Positions 59,924-64,000 of a stretch of 64,000 nt of DNA are shown in pieces. Source of the DNA: Polyangiaceae bacterium (GTDB lineage Bacteria; Myxococcota_A; Polyangia; Polyangiales; Polyangiaceae). Position 1 is the first letter of the stretch, and each line of letters opens with the position of its first letter. The stretch is taken from positions 96,001 through 160,000 of the forward strand of contig CBDCTZ010000013.1 in the NCBI GenBank assembly GCA_965222375.1, read 5' to 3'. The notes beneath the pieces are model-generated. The model saw only the letters and a list, made by a program, of their open reading frames with translations. It did not search any database and had not been told where the DNA came from. The position numbers and the translations under genes were made by a program.

Positions 59924-61068
59924 GCCAGCACCTCGACGGCGGTGGGGCCCGCGACCGCGGTAGTCACCCTGTCGCCCACACATAACTGAGCGCGCTGGTC
60001 GAGACGCAAGCCCTCGACGTAAACGGCACCCTCCGCCTCCAGCTCGAGCCAGCCATCGTCGGCTCGACGCAGGAGCATGCGGTCTAGCTGCAGTGGACCC
60101 AAAGGCAGCAGCACGCGACGGGCAGACGTCTCCAGGTAGACCGCACCGTCGGATCGGCTCGACAGCCGCAATTCTACGTCGCCGCCCAACACCAGTTCCA
60201 ACTGCTCTCCCACGAGCAAGGGCACATCGAGGCGAACGCCGCGGAGCGTGGTGCCGTTGCGAGAGCCCAAGTCGGCCACCTCCGGCCCTCGCTCCGTGGG
60301 GCGGATGACCAAGTGTTGCCGACTGACGCTGGGCGACTTGATCACCACAGTGGCGTCAGCGCGCCCAATCGTCGCTGGCGACGCGAAACTGACCTCGATC
60401 GGCTCTCCAGCCACGCTCAGGCGACAAGAGGCACCTCGGGTCCGTCGCCCATCAATGCGATTGGCCAACGTCCGGACCCGCTCATCGGCTTCTTCCAGGG
60501 CTCGGGCCAGCGCCAAGGCCTCACGTCTGCGACCGCAGGCGTCCAGATCTGAAATCTTCTGCAACTCGGCTTCGCGCCGGCGGGCGCTGCGCTCCCGCCT
60601 CGCTTCTTCAGAAAGCACACGCTCCAGACGATCGATGGCCCCCGCTTCCACCAGAGCCCGGGTCTGGGAGTCGAGATCACCACCCAACTCGTAGAAGTCG
60701 GCAGCTAAAGCGGGACAGCCACTCCCTTCCAGGTCCGCCGCGAAGCGAAGAAGCTCTGATCGAGTCAGCACCAGCGACCCCTGCCGAAACAGCTCGAGGG
60801 CCAGTTCGGAGCGCCGGCGCACGACGGCCGGGCGAGTCTCCCCGGAAGCAAGGGCGAGGGCCTGACCCAGCAGTTGATAGCGAGCAAGCGGGTCGACCGC
60901 GGACTCCGCGCGGGCCAAATGCAGCCGTGCAGCCTCCTGCCGAGCGCCTGCCTGCAAGTACAGCGCAATGGCGTGCTCCAGGTTGCCGCGTGCCTCCTCA
61001 CGACGCGCCTTTTCCAAGCGGCGATCAGCGCCGCGAAAGAAGGAAAGAGCTTTGGATAGGACCCCCAT
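59920..61068 (-). CDS. FHA-domain protein with N-terminal TPR-like helices
   Basis: IGRAD..SVSRQH..DLGSRNGT. Confidence 0.85.
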   Translation of the reverse strand: MGVLSKALSFFRGADRRLEKARREEARGNLEHAIALYLQAGARQEAARLHLARAESAVDPLARYQLLGQALALASGETRPAVVRRRSELALELFRQGSLVLTRSELLRFAADLEGSGCPALAADFYELGGDLDSQTRALVEAGAIDRLERVLSEEARRERSARRREAELQKISDLDACGRRREALALARALEEADERVRTLANRIDGRRTRGASCRLSVAGEPIEVSFASPATIGRADATVVIKSPSVSRQHLVIRPTERGPEVADLGSRNGTTLRGVRLDVPLLVGEQLELVLGGDVELRLSSRSDGAVYLETSARRVLLPLGPLQLDRMLLRRADDGWLELEAEGAVYVEGLRLDQRAQLCVGDRVTTAVAGPTAVEVLA

Positions 61069-61248
61069 GGCGCGTCTTTTTTTTCTGGTTTGCCCAAGAC
61101 GGGCCGCCGCGTAAAGGCGAAAAAACCGCCTCGGCCGCGGCTTTGAGCGCACGCACTTTCGCGACCCGCAGCGCCGACCGTGATCTCCCGGAGCCAAGGC
61201 TGTAGAGTCCGAGATAGACTCCGGCGCCAGCGTCAGGAAAGAGAACGA

Positions 61249-62955
61249 ATGAGCAACTCGAACCGACTGGGGGAGCTTCTAGTACGAGAGAAGCTCATCA
61301 GCCTACAGCAGCTACGGCAAGCTCAGGATGAACAGAAAAAAAGCGGGAAGAACCTCGGCTACGCGCTGGCGAAGCTCGGCTACATCTCCGATGGTGAGAT
61401 CACCAATTTTCTTTCGGCGCAGTACCGCTTACCCGCAATCAACCTCGACGAATACGAGATCGACTCCGACATCATCAAGCTGGTTGGCCGCGACGTCTGC
61501 GAGAAACACAAGATCATCCCGGTCTCCCGCTCGGGTTCCTCTCTGATCGTGGGCATGGCGGACCCGACCAATCTGCACGCCATCGACGACATCAAATTCC
61601 TCACCGGCTACAACGTTGAACCCGTGGTCGCGAGCGAGAGCGCGATTCTGTCGGCCATCGACCGCTACTACAGCGTGGGCCCGTCCTACGAAGAGGTGCT
61701 CGAGGACTTCCAAATCGGGGATGAAGACATCGACTTCACCGCCGATGACGAGGAAGAGAACATCCTGGAGCTGGAGAAGGCGAGCGAGGACGCACCCGTA
61801 GTCCGCCTCGTCAACGTCCTCTTGCTGAACGCGATTCGAAAGGGCGCCAGCGATATTCACGTGGAGCCCTACGAAAAGCGGCTCCGAGTCCGCTATCGCG
61901 TCGACGGTGTGTTGCACGAGGAAATGAGCCCGCCGCTCAAGCTGAAGAACGCCTTGGTGAGCCGGATCAAGATCATGAGCCAGCTGGACATTGCGGAGCG
62001 GCGCCTACCCCAAGACGGCCGGATCAAGCTCAAGCTGGGCAAGGGCCGCGAGATGGATTTTCGCGTCTCGATCTTGCCAACCATGTGGGGCGAGAAAGTC
62101 GTCATGCGTTTGCTCGACAAGGGCAATCTGCAGCTGGATATGACGAAGCTCGGCTTCGACGTCGGCCCCCTGGAGGACTTCGCCTGGGCCATCAACCAGC
62201 CCTGGGGCATGGTATTGGTCACGGGCCCGACCGGGTCCGGCAAGACGACGACCCTGTACTCCGCGCTGTCGGAACTCAATCAGCCCGGAGTGAACATCAG
62301 CACTGCCGAGGATCCTGTCGAATACAACTTGCACGGCATCAATCAGGTGCAGATGCATGACGAAATCGGACTGAACTTTGCCATGGGGCTGCGCGCCTTC
62401 TTGCGCCAGGACCCGGACATCATCATGGTCGGCGAGGTTCGCGACTTTGAGACCGCCGAAATCAGCGTGAAGTCAGCCCTCACCGGCCACTTGGTGCTGT
62501 CCACCCTGCATACCAATGACGCACCAGCCACGATCTCGCGCCTGCTCAATATGGGTGTGGAGCCGTTCTTGATCACCGCTAGCGTCAATCTGGTGCTCGC
62601 TCAGCGCCTAGCTCGCCGAGTCTGTGCCGACTGCCGAACTGAAACCCCGGTGGAGCCACAGGTGTTGCTCGATCTCGGCTGCACCGAAGAGCAGGCCGCC
62701 ACTGGCAAGATCTGGAAGGGCGCGGGCTGCGCGACCTGCAACAACACCGGCTACAAGGGCCGCGTCGCCTTGTACGAGGTCATGCGCTTTCACGATGAGC
62801 TCAAGGAAATGGTGCTGCAGGGCGCGTCCACCGCGGAGCTCAAAGTGGCCGCGATCCGAAAGGGTATGCTGACTCTGCGCATGGCCGGCATCGGGAAGGT
62901 CCTGGACGGCGTCACGACGCCTGAGGAAATCCTGCGCGTAACGATGTCCGACTAG
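61249..62955 (+). CDS. pilB: Type IV pilus assembly ATPase PilB
   Basis: RLGELL N-terminus, ASDIHVEP, GPTGSGKTTT, LRQDPD, STLHTN, CADC/CATC. Confidence 0.96.
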   Translation: MSNSNRLGELLVREKLISLQQLRQAQDEQKKSGKNLGYALAKLGYISDGEITNFLSAQYRLPAINLDEYEIDSDIIKLVGRDVCEKHKIIPVSRSGSSLIVGMADPTNLHAIDDIKFLTGYNVEPVVASESAILSAIDRYYSVGPSYEEVLEDFQIGDEDIDFTADDEEENILELEKASEDAPVVRLVNVLLLNAIRKGASDIHVEPYEKRLRVRYRVDGVLHEEMSPPLKLKNALVSRIKIMSQLDIAERRLPQDGRIKLKLGKGREMDFRVSILPTMWGEKVVMRLLDKGNLQLDMTKLGFDVGPLEDFAWAINQPWGMVLVTGPTGSGKTTTLYSALSELNQPGVNISTAEDPVEYNLHGINQVQMHDEIGLNFAMGLRAFLRQDPDIIMVGEVRDFETAEISVKSALTGHLVLSTLHTNDAPATISRLLNMGVEPFLITASVNLVLAQRLARRVCADCRTETPVEPQVLLDLGCTEEQAATGKIWKGAGCATCNNTGYKGRVALYEVMRFHDELKEMVLQGASTAELKVAAIRKGMLTLRMAGIGKVLDGVTTPEEILRVTMSD

Positions 62956-62969
62956 GAGCGAGCTTACGA

Positions 62970-64000
62970 ATGACCCAAGAGGAAGGACTACGCATCAACC
63001 TTCACCAGTTGCTGCGCGCCATGATCGAAAAAGGCGCCAGCGACATGCACATCACGACGGGTTCACCGCCGCTGTTGCGCATCGACGGCGCCATCGTTCC
63101 GCTCAAGCTGCCACCCCTGTCCCCAGTGGAAACGAAGCAGCTCTGCTATTCTGTCCTGACCGAAGATCAGAAGATCCATTTCGAAAAGAACAAGGAGCTG
63201 GACCTTTCCTTCGGCGTCAAGAATCTCTCGCGTTTTCGCGCCAATATTTTCTTGCAGCGGGGCGCCGTCTCCGGAGCGTTTCGGTCCATTCCTTTCAAGA
63301 TTTTGAGCTTCGAGGAGCTTGGACTACCGCCGGTCGTGGCCGAGCTGGCCGCCAAGCCCCGGGGCTTGATTCTGGTGACAGGTCCGACGGGCTCGGGCAA
63401 AAGCACGACCCTGGCGTCGATCATCGACAAGATCAACAGCGAGACTCGCCAGCACATCATCACGATCGAAGACCCCATCGAGTACCTGCACCCGCACAAG
63501 CGCTGCATCGTCAACCAGCGCGAGGTCGGCGCGGACACCGCCAAATTCAAAGACGCGCTCAAATACGTTCTACGTCAGGATCCCGACGTCGTACTCGTCG
63601 GCGAGATGCGAGATTTGGAAACGATCGAATCTGCCCTAACCATCGCCGAGACGGGTCACTTGGTCTTCGCCACCTTGCATACGAACTCGGCCATCCAAAG
63701 CATCAACCGAATCATCGATGTGTTCCCTCCCCACCAACAGTCCCAGGTACGCGCCCAGCTGTCCTTCGTTCTCGAAGGCGTCGTGAGCCAGCTGCTCCTG
63801 CCGCGGGCGGGCTCCGCCGGCCGCGTGCTAGCGCTGGAGGTCATGGAGCCCAATGCCGCAATCCGCAATCTGATTCGTGAGGACAAAGTCCACCAGATCT
63901 ACTCGCAAATGCAGGTGGGTCAGTTGAAACACGGCATGCAGACCCTGAATCAATCCCTCTACTCGCTCCTGTCACGACGGCTTATTACCCTGGAAGAGGC
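62970..64000 (+). CDS. pilT: Type IV pilus retraction ATPase PilT (runs off the window; not in the ORF track)
   Basis: Manual translation MTQEEGLRINLHQLLRAMIEKGASDMHIT..GPTGSGKSTT..LRQDPD..TLHTNS..AIRNLIRE. Confidence 0.95.
   Translation, partial: MTQEEGLRINLHQLLRAMIEKGASDMHITTGSPPLLRIDGAIVPLKLPPLSPVETKQLCYSVLTEDQKIHFEKNKELDLSFGVKNLSRFRANIFLQRGAVSGAFRSIPFKILSFEELGLPPVVAELAAKPRGLILVTGPTGSGKSTTLASIIDKINSETRQHIITIEDPIEYLHPHKRCIVNQREVGADTAKFKDALKYVLRQDPDVVLVGEMRDLETIESALTIAETGHLVFATLHTNSAIQSINRIIDVFPPHQQSQVRAQLSFVLEGVVSQLLLPRAGSAGRVLALEVMEPNAAIRNLIREDKVHQIYSQMQVGQLKHGMQTLNQSLYSLLSRRLITLEE

Overview
GC-rich bacterial chromosomal DNA that looks like Myxococcota, probably Polyangia-like. The basis is inference from eukaryote-like Ser/Thr kinases, PEGA/TPR and FHA proteins, MYXO-CTERM-like tails, many Cys-rich lipoproteins, ECF sigma/anti-sigma pairs and pilB-pilT. 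I find about 60 CDS and no rRNA, tRNA, CRISPR array, transposase or prophage. Housekeeping genes include rpsT, acs, mrp/apbC, an S1-domain protein, a MacAB-type ABC exporter, moeB/moeZ, an acyl-CoA dehydrogenase, pilB and pilT. The top finding is a gene absent from the ORF track (4250-4618, minus strand). It encodes a TlpA/redoxin-fold protein with an in-frame TGA exactly at the first Cys of the CxxC motif (FATF-U-AVC), followed by a SECIS-like hairpin, so it is a probable selenoprotein. It is the third of three tandem thioredoxin-fold genes lying among three extremely Cys-rich lipoprotein genes and next to an ECF sigma cassette, which suggests a dedicated disulfide-handling system for Cys-rich surface proteins. 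Other notable items: a 57-aa basic ORF between a near-consensus sigma70 promoter and rpsT, a ~250-nt intergenic element closed by terminal inverted repeats, an Aur1/IPC-synthase-like gene with a sigma54-like promoter, and several broken genes. Start codons were adjusted by eye. No database searches were run.
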